A stretch of DNA of 64,000 bases from Pristiophorus japonicus (lineage: Eukaryota): contig NC_091991.1 in the NCBI RefSeq assembly GCF_044704955.1, positions 30,132,001 through 30,196,000 of the forward strand, given 5' to 3'. The position numbers and the translations under genes were made by a program. Numbering within the stretch: the first letter of the stretch is position 1; each line of letters begins with the position of its first letter. Shown one piece after another: positions 12,111 to 25,051 of the stretch. Below the pieces are notes generated by a model. That model did no database searches, was not told the DNA's origin, and saw only the letters and a program-made list of their open reading frames with translations.

Positions 12111-13384
12111 TTAATTTGAATTAAGCAACTTTGAATTAAGAGAAGTAGACATGACACATAACCTGGTCGGAAGAAATGAATACAGCAAATATCATCTTGT
12201 TCCATTCACCAACTCTGTGACTGAATATCCTTGGTGACTTTCAAAATGCACTCACATTTGCCAACTGTTTCTGTGATCATTGTTTTAGCTAGAAGTTTAT
12301 CGTCTTGAATTAGAGAGACTATTGCTTCAGCCTTGTTATTTATACAAGTACGGAAGGCCAAAAGTACAATGTGGTCTGAAATGCTATTCAATCATTTAGT
12401 CAAGAGGTAAAAAAGTTCATGATTGTGAAAACAGAATGCTGGAGGATGAGCAGTTGCGTATGATTTACATAACACTCATGGAAATGACCCACTTAACTCA
12501 CTCGTGATTCAGCAACTGTTGCTCATATATCCTATGTAAGTTAAAATTGTAAAGATTTTGCTCTTTAACCTTCCCAAAATATTGCCACCAGATAATTGCC
12601 CACTATCTGGGGTTTTTTTAACGTGGAGTTTTGTTTCATTATTAATTCTGAGAATATGGGCCATCGCTACCAAGGTCGGCATTTTACTGGCCAGCCCCTA
12701 GTTGCCTTTGAGAAGATGGTGGTGAGCATCGTTCCTTATAGGCTGAGCAGCCACTCGGGACTCGGCTCAGGGCCAGCTTTTCAAATGTGAAATTTCACAC
12801 ATGCACGAAACCTTGAATGGCCCGTCAAAGGGGCCACGCACCCGATAAAAAATGAGGAGGAGCTTGGTGGTGAGCCTTCTTCTTGAACTACTGCAGTCCA
12901 TATGGTGACGGAACTCCCACAGTAGACCTCCGTGGAGCCTAAAAAAAAGGCTTGAAATGGTTGGTTGTTCTAACCCGATCTGGAATTTTATAGCTCACTA
13001 AGGTTTTGGACATCCTGAGGTAAAATGGTTTGACAACACTAAAAAGATATGAGAAACCTTTAGACAAAGATAGATATTCTGTATACCCCAAAAAACTACA
13101 TATGGCACTATATTTTATATATACATTAGCCAGTATAAAACTGCAAGTGTAGATAAAGCAAAATTCACAAGATCATTCATTGTGTTGCATTAGTCAACCC
13201 CCAGATGTATAGATCATAAAAGTTGCATCAGATTTTATGTTTATCTATCTATATTACACAAAGGTGTATACATATATTGAAGAAGGTTTTCTTGGTGCAC
13301 TGAGAATTGCACATGCTAACCTGAATTTCTATCTAAACAGAACAGTGAAAGCAAGTACTAGGCAGAGAACCAATTTGTGAAAGA

Positions 13385-13870
13385 CTTATATATAGATTTA
13401 TAAATTAAATTAGGCACATGGAGAGAGGAATCGGGTATATAGGCAGAGAGGTAAGGATATATATAGTTAGAAATAGATACATAGAGGCAAGGACAGAGAT
13501 AAATAGGTGCTTACAGATAGGAATATAGATAGATTGGGAACTAGATAATGCAATAGAGGTGGTCCGAGATACACATGATAGATAGTTTTGACAGAATGAT
13601 GTAGAGAAGCAACGATATATATAGATAAATATCTGTTGATAAAGATAGACAAATAGATTCATAACTGGGCAGATCAGCTATATAGATAGATAGAATTATA
13701 TGAGAAAATAAAGATATAGAGATGGAGCGATGGAGATATAGATCGACAGATATAGAAAAATGCTAGTATAAATTGGTCAATAAATAGGTAAATAATGTAG
13801 AGATAAAGATATAGAGACAATTTGGGCACCGATATAAACACTTAAATAGAAATAAGTCGAGAGATGGTTA
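13385..13870. repeat. Degenerate (ATAG/GATA)-rich low-complexity tract
   Basis: Decayed purine-rich tetranucleotide repeat. Confidence 0.7.
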
Positions 13871-15064
13871 ATCAATCAGGGATCAAACTGATTTGTTAAC
13901 TGCATTGAGCTAGTTTTGATTTATTTTGCAAATACCTGAATTTGGCCCCAAAAACCCAGTTACATATCCTCAACTAAGAATAGCCTTCTCACAGTTCATT
14001 GCACTGCTCCAAGATCTGGGTATTGTAATGAGGTACTTCGATAATTGAGAGACTATATTTTTTTAACATGGTAAAGTGTCTGTTTTTTTTGTGTGTGGAA
14101 GAGAAATTTTAGAAAAATTTTAGAATTCCTTTAGCTCTATAATGCAATAGTTCCGCCAATTTTTGCTAACCTAAAGATTATATTTTAATATGTTACTCAC
14201 TTATTTAAATTACATCAAAGCCTGCAAAATTGAAAATGGAACCAGGGGCACAACAATGAACAGTTTCTATACTACACAGTTTCAAAGGTATTGTTAGCCG
14301 TACAGTTACTGACAAAAGGCCTTCGGGTCAAACTTTCCACTTGAAAGATCAGAAGCAAGTGACTGCGTTACCCTTGTTACAGTGAATAAGTCTATGCTCA
14401 CTCTACGATGTTACTTCTTATCCTTCACCAGTCAACCACTGCAAAATGGTCTACATGGCAACATCGAGTTCCAAGGTGCCTATCCCTTTTTCCAAAATTG
14501 GTGGCAAATATGTGGAAAGAAATAACACATCCCTGCAGGCAGGTGGCACCATTCATTTTCCACCATCCTGGTGATCAAAATTGTCATCAGTTTCAAGGAC
14601 AGTTGTCTTTTCTTGTTCTGATTGGGAGTGGGCAAGATCAGATGTTAAATACGTGTACATAATAAAATATGATTTGTATCCCTGATGGGCTAATAAAGTG
14701 AACCCCAGCAGTTTAGTCAGGGGTTTGCACTTCCTAATTGGCGTTATTTGAATACATTTATTTTGAATCTGTTACTGGCAACATTAAAATGACGTTGATT
14801 TGAAAATCCAAGCCAGGGTTGTTACGTCTTGAATAAAGAATTTGTGAGCTCAACGTAATGTTTGACCATAGTCCTTTATTGCAGGTCTCCAGAGTGCCTC
14901 TCCAGCCTGTGAGGCCTCCTTATGTACAGGTGCTCCTAAGGGATTGTGGGATCCCTTGGGACTTGAGGAGATGAGCCCTTTGGTTAAAAAAGGTATTTAC
15001 AGGTTTACATATATAACACTCCCCCACCCCCCAAAGTCAATAGTGTAACTATTTACAATGTGAG

Positions 15065-18000
15065 TCAATCTGGGGCCTTCCTTTCCCTGGTTGATCGTCT
15101 CAGTGCAAATGCTGGTTTTGGTGAGTCGTTTGTTGGGCCCTCGCTGGGCTGCTGCGCAGCTGGCCTTGCAGGACTGCTGGGGGTGGTGAGTCCTGCTGGG
15201 CTGCTGCGGGTAATGGGTTTTGCTTCGTGGTCAACCGTTGGGTCGGTTGCCACTTGTGTGTGTGTTGGGGGGGGTCAAAAAAGGTAAAGTCTATTGTGGG
15301 TTGTTCTGGATAGTCCGTGAATCTGAGTTTGGGTTTGGTCCAAGTGTTTTCTGTAGTTGAATCCATTTGAAAGTTTGACCAGAAACACCCTACTCCCCTC
15401 TTTGGCCACGACAGTGCCAGGAAGCTACTTGGGGCCTTGTCCATAATTCAACACAAATACAGGATCATTAATCTCGATTTCGCGTGACACATTTGTGCGA
15501 TCATGATATGTATTCTGTTGAAGCCGCCTGCTCTCTACCTGATCCTGTAGATCAGGGTGGACTAACGAGAGCCTTGTCTTAAGTGCCCTCCTCATGAGCA
15601 GTTCAGCTGGGGAAACCCCAGTGAGCGAGTGCAGTCTTGTGCGGTAACTAAGCAGGACTCGGGATAGGCGAGTCTGCAGTGAGCCTTCAGTTACTCTCGT
15701 CAAGCCCTGCTTGATTGTTTGCACTGCTCGCTCTGCCTGACGATTGGACACTGGTTTAAACGGGGCACGTGTGACATGTTTGATCCCATTGCAGGCCATG
15801 AACTCTTTGAACTCGGCACTGGTGAAGCACGGCCCATTGCCACTCACAAGGACGTCAGGCAAGCCGTGCATGGCAAACATGGCCCGCAGGCTTTCAATGG
15901 TGGCAGCAGACATGCTTGCCGACATTACCTCACATTCAATCCATTTGGAGTACGCATCTACAACCACAAGGAACATTTTTTCCAAGAATGGGCCTGCATA
16001 GTCGACATGGACCCTGGACCATGGTTTGGAGGGCCAGGACCATAAACTTAGTGGCGCCTCCCTGGGTGCATTGCTTAACTGTGAACATGTGTTACATTTG
16101 TGCACACAGGACTCTAAGTCTACATCGATACCGGGACACCACGCGTGGGATCTGGCTATCGCTTTCATCATTACAATGCCTGGGTCAGTACTGTGGAGGT
16201 CACTAATGAAAGTGTCTCTGCCCTTTTTTAACACCACTACCCGATTACTCCATAGGAGGCAGTCTGCCTGTATGGACATTTCATCTCTGCGCTGCTGGTA
16301 CGGCTTTATTTCTTCCTGCATCTCTAACAAGACACTAGACCAACTCCCATGGAGCACACAGTTTTTTACTAAGGACAGTAAGGGGTCCTGGCTCGTCCAG
16401 GTTCTAATCTGTCGGGCAGTAACAGGTGATTGCTCACTCTCGAATGCTTCCATTACCATAACTAAATCTGCAGGCTGTGCCGTCTTTGCCCCTGTGGTGG
16501 ACAATGGCAACCTACTGAGAGCATCGGCACAGTTTTCTGTGCCTGACCTATGGCGGATGGTGTAGTTGTATGTGGACAATGTGAGCACCCATCCCTGGAT
16601 GCGGACCGATGCATTCGTATTTATCCCCTTACTTTCAGAAAAGAGATATATCAGTGGCTTTTGGTCAGTTTCCAATTCAAATTTGAGCCCAAACAAATAT
16701 TGATGCATTTTCTTTACCCCATTAACACACGCTAATGCTTCTTTTTCGATCATGCTGTAGGCCCTCTCAGCCTTAGACAGACTTCTGGATGCATAAGCAA
16801 CCGGTTGCAATTTCCCAGATTCATTGGCTTGTTGCAATACACACCCGACACCGTATGACGACGCATCACATGCTTGTACCAAACGCTTACATGGATCATA
16901 CAACACAAGCAATTTGTTTGAGCATAACAGTTTCCTAGCTTTCGCAAAGGCATTTTCTTGGCTTTTACCCCATACCCATTCATCTCCTTATGCAGTAAAG
17001 TGTACAGTGGTTCTAACAGTGTGCTAAGACCCGGTAAGAAGTTACCAAAGTAGTTCAGGAGTCCTAGAAACGAGCACAGCTCCGTCACGTTCTGTGATCT
17101 CGGTGCATTCTTGATTGCCTCCATCTTCGAATCAGTGGGCCTGATGCCGTCCGCCACGATTCTTCTCCCCAGGAACTCCACTTCAGGCACCAGGAAAATG
17201 CACTTCGAGCATTTTAACCTGAGCCCCACATGATTAAGCCGATTAAGAACCTCCTCCAGGTTCTGCAGATGCTCGACGGTGTCCCGACCTGTAACCAAGA
17301 TGTCGTCCTGGAAGACCACGGAGCGCGGGACTGACTTCAGCAAGCTTTCCATGTTCCTCTGGAATATTGTCGCGGCTGATCGAATCCCAAACGGGCATCT
17401 GTTGTAAATGAAGAGACCTTTGTGCGTGTTGATGCAGGTGAGGTCCTTCGATGATTCCTCCAGCTCCTGCGTCATGTAGGCCGAGGTCAAGTCCAGCTTC
17501 GTGAACGTTTTTCTTCCCGCCAGCGTCGCAAATAGGTCATCTGCCTTTGGTTGCAGGTATTGATCCTGCAGGGAGAAACGATTGATAATTACTTTGTAAT
17601 CACCACAGATTCTGACAGTACTGTCTTCCTTGAGGACTGGAACAATCGGACTGGCCCACTCGTTGAATTCAATCGGTGAAATGATGCCCTCTTGTTGCAG
17701 CCGGTCCAGCTCGATCTCCACCCTCTCTCTCATCATGTACAGTACCGCTCTCGCCTTGTGATGGATGTGTCGCACCCCCGGAATCAAGTGGATCTGCACT
17801 TTTGCTCCTTGGAGCTTCCCGATACCCGGTTCGAACAGCGAGGGGAACTTGAAATGTCGTCGACGGACGAGAGTGCTCGGACGTTGTCCCAGTTCCAGCA
17901 TATCTTCCCCAGCCAGCTCCTGCTGAACAGCATGGGGCCATTGCCCGGTACCACTCAGAATGGTAAATTGTGCACCGTTCCATCGTAGGAGACCTTTATG

Positions 18001-18180
18001 GTAACACTGCCAATTAAGGGAATCAGTTCCTTTGTATACGTTCTCAGTTTAGTACGAATGGGAGTCAGGACTGGCCTTGAGGCCTTGCTGCACCACAATT
18101 TATCGAAAGTCGTTTTGCTCATTATGGACTGGCTCGCACCCGTGCCCAGCTCCATTGACACGGTGAGTCCATTTAATTAA
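15065..18180 (-). pseudogene. pol: Gypsy pol (protease, RT, RNase H, integrase) with frameshifts
   Basis: MELGTGAS (DTGA-like), WASPIVPV, RICGDYK, KLDLTSAY, FQDDILV, CDASSYGVG, EKEALAC, RVHVDYAGPF, QAERAV. Confidence 0.92.
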
Positions 18181-19143
18181 ACCTTCAGCTTTATCGGGGG
18201 GACACTTTGTGGTAAATGCGTGCACCCCATATACCTCAGCTCCCTCAGTCTGAGGCTCTGGTTCATCGTGATCTACCATGGATCTGTCCTCCTCTGCAAC
18301 ATGGTGGTTTGCAGGATTAGCAGGGTTTGCAGCTCGCCTGCACATACGTTGGAGGTGTCCCATTGTTCCACAGCCCTTGCAGATGTATCCTTTGAAGCGG
18401 CATGAATAGAAACGATGATCACCTCCGCAGCGACAACAAGGTGTTAATGGCCTTGCATTCAGCACCCTTGATGGTGGACTCTGAGACATCTGCGAATGTG
18501 CAGCTGCAGGCATGTGAGTCCTGCCCTGTACATTACAATTCGAGAACAACCTTACTTTGTTCACAGTACTTGCAGCAGCACTCGTATGCTGAGAAATTTG
18601 TTTGGTATTGTCACTGATAGTGATGAATGCCTGGGCTATCACTATGGCTTTACTCAAGGTTGGGGTCTTTACAGTCAAAAGTTTGTGAAGTATTACTTCA
18701 TGGCCAATGCCAAGTACAAAGAAATCCCTGAGCATGTGCTCCAAGTGTCTTTCAAAGTTGCAATGTCCTGCAAGGCGCCTTAGTTCAGCGAAGTAGCTCG
18801 CCACTTCCTGGTCTTCAGACCTCTTGTATGTGCAGAACCAGTAGCTCGCCATCAGAACGCTTTCCTTCGGGTTTAGATGCTCCCGGACCAGTGTGCACAA
18901 ATCATCGTACGACTTCTCTGTGGGTTTCGCTGGAGCGAGCAGATTTTTCATGAGGCCATACGTTGGTGCCCCACAGACGGTGAGAAGGATCGCCCTTCTT
19001 TTGGCAGCGTTCGTTTCTCCTTCCAGCTCGTTGGCCACGAAGTATTGGTTGAGTCACTCCACGAAGGTTTCCCAATCATCTCCCTCCCAAAATTTCTCCA
19101 GGATGCCCACAGTTTTCTGCATTGTTGCGGTGGGGTTAGTCAT
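18180..19143 (-). pseudogene. gag: Gypsy gag (premature stop)
   Basis: DDWETFVE*LNQYFVANEL...; zinc knuckles CCRCGGDH and CKGCGTMGHLQRMC. Confidence 0.88.
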
Positions 19144-19605
19144 CTGTACCTCATCGGCAGTTGTTACGACTTGCATAAAGAATTTGACCAGATACTGTAA
19201 GCTCAAAGTAATGTGTGACCGTAGTCCTTTATTGCAGGTCTCCAGAGTGCCTCTCGAGCCTGTGAGGCCTCCTTATATACAGGTGCTCCCAAGGGATTGT
19301 GGGATCCCTTGGGACTCAAGGGGATGAGCCCTCTGGTGGTTAAACAAGGTATTTACAGGTTTAAATATATAACACAGGTGTCCAATCATTGTTCATTAAC
19401 TAATGGGAGTGCCACATATACTTGTGGATAAGATGACCCTGCTCCTACTTTCCAGCTAAAACTAAAAAATATCTGTGAACTACCTACAAGAACCCCACCT
19501 TGGTTCACTATAGATCCATAGAACGTGGGGAAATTTACATTTTAATGCTGGCTCGTATGTCTGCACATCAACGGCAAACCAGGGGCCTGAAAGAGGGGAG
19601 CAAGA

Positions 19606-20765
19606 TGTAATGTATTTATTTCATGGGTTCGTTACTTAAGAATTCATAGCAACACATTGCTATTAAGAACTAGTTGGTTCATTAGTAAAGGTTTAACAAT
19701 CACACCACACATTACCAGTTCATCCAACAGGCTCACAACCACCTGCCTCATCATGGATCTCCTGAACACAACTGGCTGGGGTTTTATTGAGCCTTGTGAA
19801 CAGCACGTGACTGGCTAAGCCACTTCCAACTCAACAGCTCTACAGCTATTTTAAATTAACAGATAAAGCGGTGTGCCCCCTTATTAAGGGGACACGAGAA
19901 CCCACAAATGAACAATTAAACTTTAAGGGAACTTAGCAGATCAAAAAATTTGGTTGCCGGGGGTAATGATGCAGTCCAGTTGCTCCAGTCACGCCTCTCA
20001 TGGAAGGCCGCGAGCGTACCGGTAGACACCGCGTGCTCCATCTCCAGGAACATCCTGGCGCACAACAGCTCTACCGCTATTTTAACCTAAGCTTTAAACC
20101 TAGTGCCCCCTTTTTGTAAGGGCACTAGCACCCTAAAATTAACAAATTAACTGGGAACTTTGCCAAATTAAATTAAAATTCTGTTCCCGGGGGTGATGAT
20201 GCACTCCAGTCCCTCCGGTGCCCACCTCTCGCGGAAGGCCGCAAGCGTACCAGTGGACACCGCGTGCTCCATTTCCAGGGGCACCCTGGTGTGAACGTAA
20301 CCGCGGAAGAGCAGCAGATCAACAGCTCTACAACTCTTTTGGTTGTGAACAAATAAAACAATTAAATCAAGTGCCCCCTTATTAAAGGGGGGGACACTCC
20401 AAACATTTTTCAATGCCATGTTTTTGGGTTTTTTTGGGGGTGGTTTTGTAAGGTTTTTTTGTGGGTTTTTTTGGGCACCAAGAGGCAAATTATACAAGTG
20501 CCCCATGACTGGGGGGGACATTAAAACCCGGCAATAAAACAAATTAAACTATAAAACATGTAAAATCAAATAAAGATTTGTTTGCCGGGGGTAACGATGC
20601 ACTCCAGTCTCTCCGGCGCCCACCTCTCGCGGAAGGCTGCGAGCGTACCAATGGATACCGTGTGCTCCATCTCCAGGGGCACCCTGGTGCGAACGTAACC
20701 GCGGAAGAGCAGCAGATCAACAGCTCTCCAAACCTGTGAGCATACTCACAGGTGCATACATTTCA
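19606..20765 (-). mobile_element. Solo LTR (about 280 bp, copy 1) carrying three tandem Tx1 fragments
   Basis: Termini TGTAATGTAT...ATACATTTCA; perfect TSD CAAGA (19601-19605 and 20766-20770). Confidence 0.88.
19844..20717 (-). mobile_element. Three 5'-truncated Tx1-clade (L1 group) LINE 3' ends: 19844-20062, 20075-20319, 20332-20717
   Basis: Each encodes the ORF2 C-terminus ...LEMEHAVSTGTLAAFRERWAPEGLECII(T)PGN..; they are separated by repeats of the target CAACAGCTCTAC. Confidence 0.8.
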
Positions 20766-21147
20766 CAAGAGACCAAAAGAGGCAAGTGGCAGTGGAGAAG
20801 TAGGAATAGATGGGGGAATGAAAGTTGGCCAGGAGCAAGCGATCGCACTCCCCTAAGGCAGCTACAGTTACCATTTTCCTCAATGATTCACATATAAGAT
20901 GCACTTTCAACATGCAAACAGTGACTTAAGCGACTACTACAATATATGAATATGCACAGTGTGGCAGGAAAATCATGGGTACATGCAGCAAACCCTGCCG
21001 GTAATGTCTGCAGCAATGTATTCCTTTATGAATTTTGAAACTGTTGGCACTGGCACTCTATTAATGAGTAGCCAAGTCCTCACTAACTGCATTAATATTT
21101 TAGTACAATCTATTCTAAATTATAATATTTCACCAGTCTTGTTCGAG

Positions 21148-21543
21148 GCTGTGCTTGCTGACTTACATTGACTCCCGGTCTGGCCACGTCTCAATTTTAA
21201 AATTCTCATCCTGGTGTTCAAACCCCTCTATGGCCTCACCCCTCCCTATCTCTGTAACCTCCTCCAATCTTACAACCCTCCGAGAACCTCTGCGCTCCTC
21301 CAATCCTGACCTCTTGTGCATCCCCAATTTCCTTCGCTCCACCATTGGGGGCCTTGCTTTCAGATTTCTAGGCCCTATGCTATGGAATTCTCTCCCTTTA
21401 CCTCTCTCTCCTCCTTTAAGTCGCTTCTTAAAAACTACCTCTTTGACCAAGGTTTTGGTCACCTGTCCTAATATCTCTTTATGCAGCTCAGTGTCAAATT
21501 TTGTCTGATTACGCTCATGTGAAGCACCTTGGGATATTTTACT
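21148..21543 (+). mobile_element. L2-clade LINE 3' fragment
   Basis: VLADLH*LP..., GGLAFRFLGPMLWNSLP, LKTTS/LKTYLF-type end. Confidence 0.8.
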
Positions 21544-22230
21544 GGGAGCATCTTAAAGGAGGAAAGAGAAGTAGAGAGTCGGTGAAGGATTATGGCGGGA
21601 GTTCCAGAGCTTAGGGGCATGGCAGCTGAAGGAACAGCCAGCAATGGTGCAGCGATTAAAATCGGGGGTGTGCAAGAGGCCAGAATTGGAGAAGTTCAGA
21701 TATCTTGGAGGAGGTTACAAAGATAGGGAGAGGTGAGGCCATGGAGGAATTTGAAAACAAAGATGAAAATCTTAAAATCGAGACATTGCTCAACCGGAAG
21801 CCAATGTAGGTCAGCGAGCACAGGAGTGATGGGTGAGCAGAACTTGGTGCGAGTTAGGACACGGGGCAGCCGAGTTTTGGATGAGCTCAAGTTTACAGAT
21901 GGTGGAAAATGGGAAGTCGGCCAGGATAGTCAAGTCCAGAGGTAACAAAGGCTTGGATGAGGGTTTCAACAGCAGATGAGCTGAGGCAGGGCGGAGTCGG
22001 GTGATGTTGCAGAGGTGGAAATAGGCGGTCTGAGTGAGGGTGGGACACGTGGTCGGAAGCTCACCTCGGGGTCAAATATGACACCAAGTTTGCGAACAGT
22101 CTGATTCAGCCTCAGGCAGTTGCCAGGCGATGGCAAGGGAATGGAATTTGTGGCGGGGGCCAAAGACAATGGCTTTGTTCTTCCCCATATTTCGTTGGAG
22201 GAGATTTCTGCTCATCCAGTAGTGGATGTC
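21544..22230 (-). mobile_element. L2-clade LINE fragment (opposite orientation)
   Basis: SPITPVLADLHWLPVEQCLDFKI; NQTVRKLGVIFDPEVSFR. Confidence 0.82.
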
Positions 22231-22749
22231 GGAAAAGCAGTCTCACAATGGAGGCATGGAGAGGTCTCCCCTCAATTATTTTCTAAACTAGAACATGCAT
22301 TATATAGCACAAGTCACTCAGTACGTCCCACGTTAATGACTGTTTGAAGTGCACTGACCATCACTATGCGGGCGGACGCAACAACGGTTTCACAGCAAGA
22401 TCCCATAAGCAGCAATGAGAAGTTAAACACCGAATATAACAGGCCTGAAACTGTACTTCTGGCAGGGAATCGTACCTGTTGGGAAATAGCAACATGCTTC
22501 CCGTGATGTTCCAAGGTGGAAATCATGGGGGGGTTTACCTGCGATTCCCGATGTGCTCGCCGGATGAGTGAAGCTCTGCACCAAATGTACGTATTCGGAA
22601 AACTCAGCCCTTTAATCTATTTTTCATGGAAGAGTATTGCCTCGGGCACCGGGAGAGGACACTGGGAGAACTCCTTGCTGTTCTTCAAATGGTGCCATGG
22701 GCTCTTTAACATCCAGTCGAACAGACAGACAGGGGCCTCGGCTTGACAA

Positions 22750-24754
22750 GTCAATTGAGGTATGGCTACAACAGCGAAGAGGTCCACTTTGTGGCAGGAG
22801 GAGAGGTCAGAGTGACCACAGCCATTGTGCACACCACATGCTCGCCAGGGGCTCCGCAACTGAATGGGAACAGCAGCTGGGGGGGAGGCCAAGACATCGT
22901 CGGAGGGAGGAAGGCCCGATCGTCGCTGGTGAAGTACAGGCCTGCCACCATCTCAGCAAAACCCCAGCCCTGCACGAGGTCAAAAAGGTCATCCGTCAGC
23001 TCAAGAATACAAGGCATCAGGAACAGATGGAATCCCCACTGAGGCACTAAAGTATGGTGGAGAAGCACTATTGGCACGAATGCATGACCTCATCTCTCTT
23101 ATCTGGAAGGAGGAAAGCATGCCGGGAGATCTCAGAGATGCCATAATCGTGACCATCTTTAAAAAAGGGGAAAAGTCCGACTGCGGCAACTACAGAAGAA
23201 TTTCCCTGCTGTTGGCCACTGGGAATGTCATCGCTAGAATCCTCCTCAACCGTCTTCTTCCTGTGGCTGAAGAGCTCCTCCCAGAGTCACAATGTGGATT
23301 CTGTCCACTGAGGGGTACAACGGACATGATCTTCGCCGCGCGACAACTACAAAAGAAATGCAGGGAACAGCACCAACCCTTGTACATGGCCTTCTTTGAC
23401 CTCACAAAGGCCTTTGACACTGTTAACCACGAGGGACTATGGAGCGTCCTCCTCCGTTTTGGCTGTCCCCAAAAGTTTCTCACCATCCTCCGCCTGCTCC
23501 ACGAATACATGCAAGCCGTAATCCTGACCGACGGATCTACCACACACCCAATCCACGTCCGGACCAGGGTCAAGCAGGGCAGCGTCATCTCGCTAATGCG
23601 CTTCTCGATCTTCACTGCAATGCTCCATCTCACACTCAACAAGCTCCCCACTGGACTGGAACTAAACTATAGAACCAATGGGAACCTGTTCAACCTTCGT
23701 CGCCTCCAGGCTAGATCCAAGTTCATCCCATCTTCTGTCATCGAACTACAGTACGCGGATGACGCTTGCGTCTGCGCACATTTAGAGGCTGAACTCCAAG
23801 CCATCGTCAACACCTTCACCGAGATGTACGAAAGCATGGGCCTTACACTAAACATCCGTAAGACAAAGGTCCTCCACTAACCTGACACTGCCACACAGCA
23901 CTGCCCCCCCCAGTCATCAAAATCCATGGCACGGCCTTGGACAACATGGACCATTTTACATGCTTCAGGAGTCTACTGTCAGCAAGGGCAGACATCGACG
24001 ACGAGGTCCAACACTGCCTCCAGTGTGCCAGCACAGCTTTCGGTCACCTGAGGAAGAGAGTGTTTGAAGACCAGGATCTCAAATCTGACACCAAGCATAT
24101 GGTCTACAGGGCTGTAGTGATACCCACCCTCCTGTATGGCTTAGAGATGTGGATCATGTACAGTAGACACCTCAAAACACTGGAGAAATACCACCAGCGC
24201 TGCCTCCGCAAGATTCTGCAAATCCCCTGGGAGGACAGACGCACCAACGTCAGTGTTCTCGATCAGGCCAAAATTCCCAGCATCGAAGCACTGACCACAC
24301 TCGACCAGCTCCGTTGGGCGGGCCACATCGTCTGCATGCCTAACACGAGACTCCCAAAGCAAGCACACTACTCGGAACTCCTACATGGCAAGCGAGCCCC
24401 AGGTGGGCAGAGGAAACATTTCAAGGACACCCTCAAAGCCTCCTTGATAAAGTGTAACATCCCCACTGGCACTTGGGAATCCCTGGCCAAAGACCGCCCT
24501 AACTGGAGGAAGAGCATCCGGGAGAGCACTGAGCACCTCAAGTCTCGTCGCCGAGACAATGGAGAAAACAAGCGCAGACAGCAGAAGTAGCGTGTGGCAA
24601 ACCAGACTCCCCACCCACCCTTTCCTTTAACCACTGTCTGTCCCACCTGTGACAGAAACTGTAATTCCTGTATTGGACTGTACAGTCACCTGAAAACTCA
24701 CTGTTAGAGTGGAAGCAAATCTTCCTTGACTTCGAGGGACTACCTATGATGATG
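22750..24754 (+). mobile_element. RTE-clade LINE, 5'-truncated, with RT domain
   Basis: CGNYRRISLL, LPESQCGF, FFDLTKAFD, VKQG, LQYADD, QLRWAGH, C-terminal CPTC..H; (GAT)n tail. Confidence 0.92.
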
Positions 24755-24914
24755 GCAACAGCTAAACCGACTTGAACACATAAATTAAGTGCTCTGGATC
24801 ATCAAGTAAGATTGTTAACGGAAAGGTTGTTTCTGGTAAGGCTGAGGGGTCACAGCCTGAAACTGCATTCAGTCAATATAATCTATTAATAAGTGCACAA
24901 AGACATACACGTAC

Positions 24915-25051
24915 ATGCTCCTGTCTCGTCTCTTTGAACAATCATGACTCATAATCGCATCAAAGGACTGTATATTTTCATAAAGGAAAAGGCAACTGCA
25001 GGTGAATGAAAGACAAATGATGTACCCTTTCTGTAGCTCCATCGTGCTCAT
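24915..25051 (-). other. Candidate first coding exon, unidentified
   Basis: ATG-initiated frame MSTMELQKGYIICLSFTCSCLFLYENIQSFDAIMSHDCSKRRDRS ends at a possible donor GTACGT in non-repeat DNA. Confidence 0.2.

Larger units (their letters stand above)
14820..19374 (-). mobile_element. Ty3/Gypsy LTR retrotransposon, structurally complete but mutated (no env)
   Basis: Direct LTRs 14820-15018 and 19162-19374 (TG...CA); polypurine tract 15019-15032; degenerate PBS ACTGCCGATGAGG next to the 5' LTR; gag-PR-RT-RH-IN order; imperfect TSD CAGGGT/CAGGT. Confidence 0.95.

Noticed and set aside
11189-12391. Protein-like short ORFs (11189-11374 and 12206-12391) and a strong plus-strand donor CAG|GTGAGT near 11426
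   Set aside because: No convincing paired splice sites or recognisable homology; cannot be distinguished from chance
15719-16735. Plus-strand ORFs overlapping Gypsy pol
   Set aside because: Antisense shadow frames of the integrase and RNase H region
19832-20729. Repeat-spacer pattern (CAACAGCTCTAC x4) reminiscent of CRISPR
   Set aside because: The repeats are 12-bp target duplications, the spacers are mutually homologous LINE ends, the context is eukaryotic and there are no cas genes
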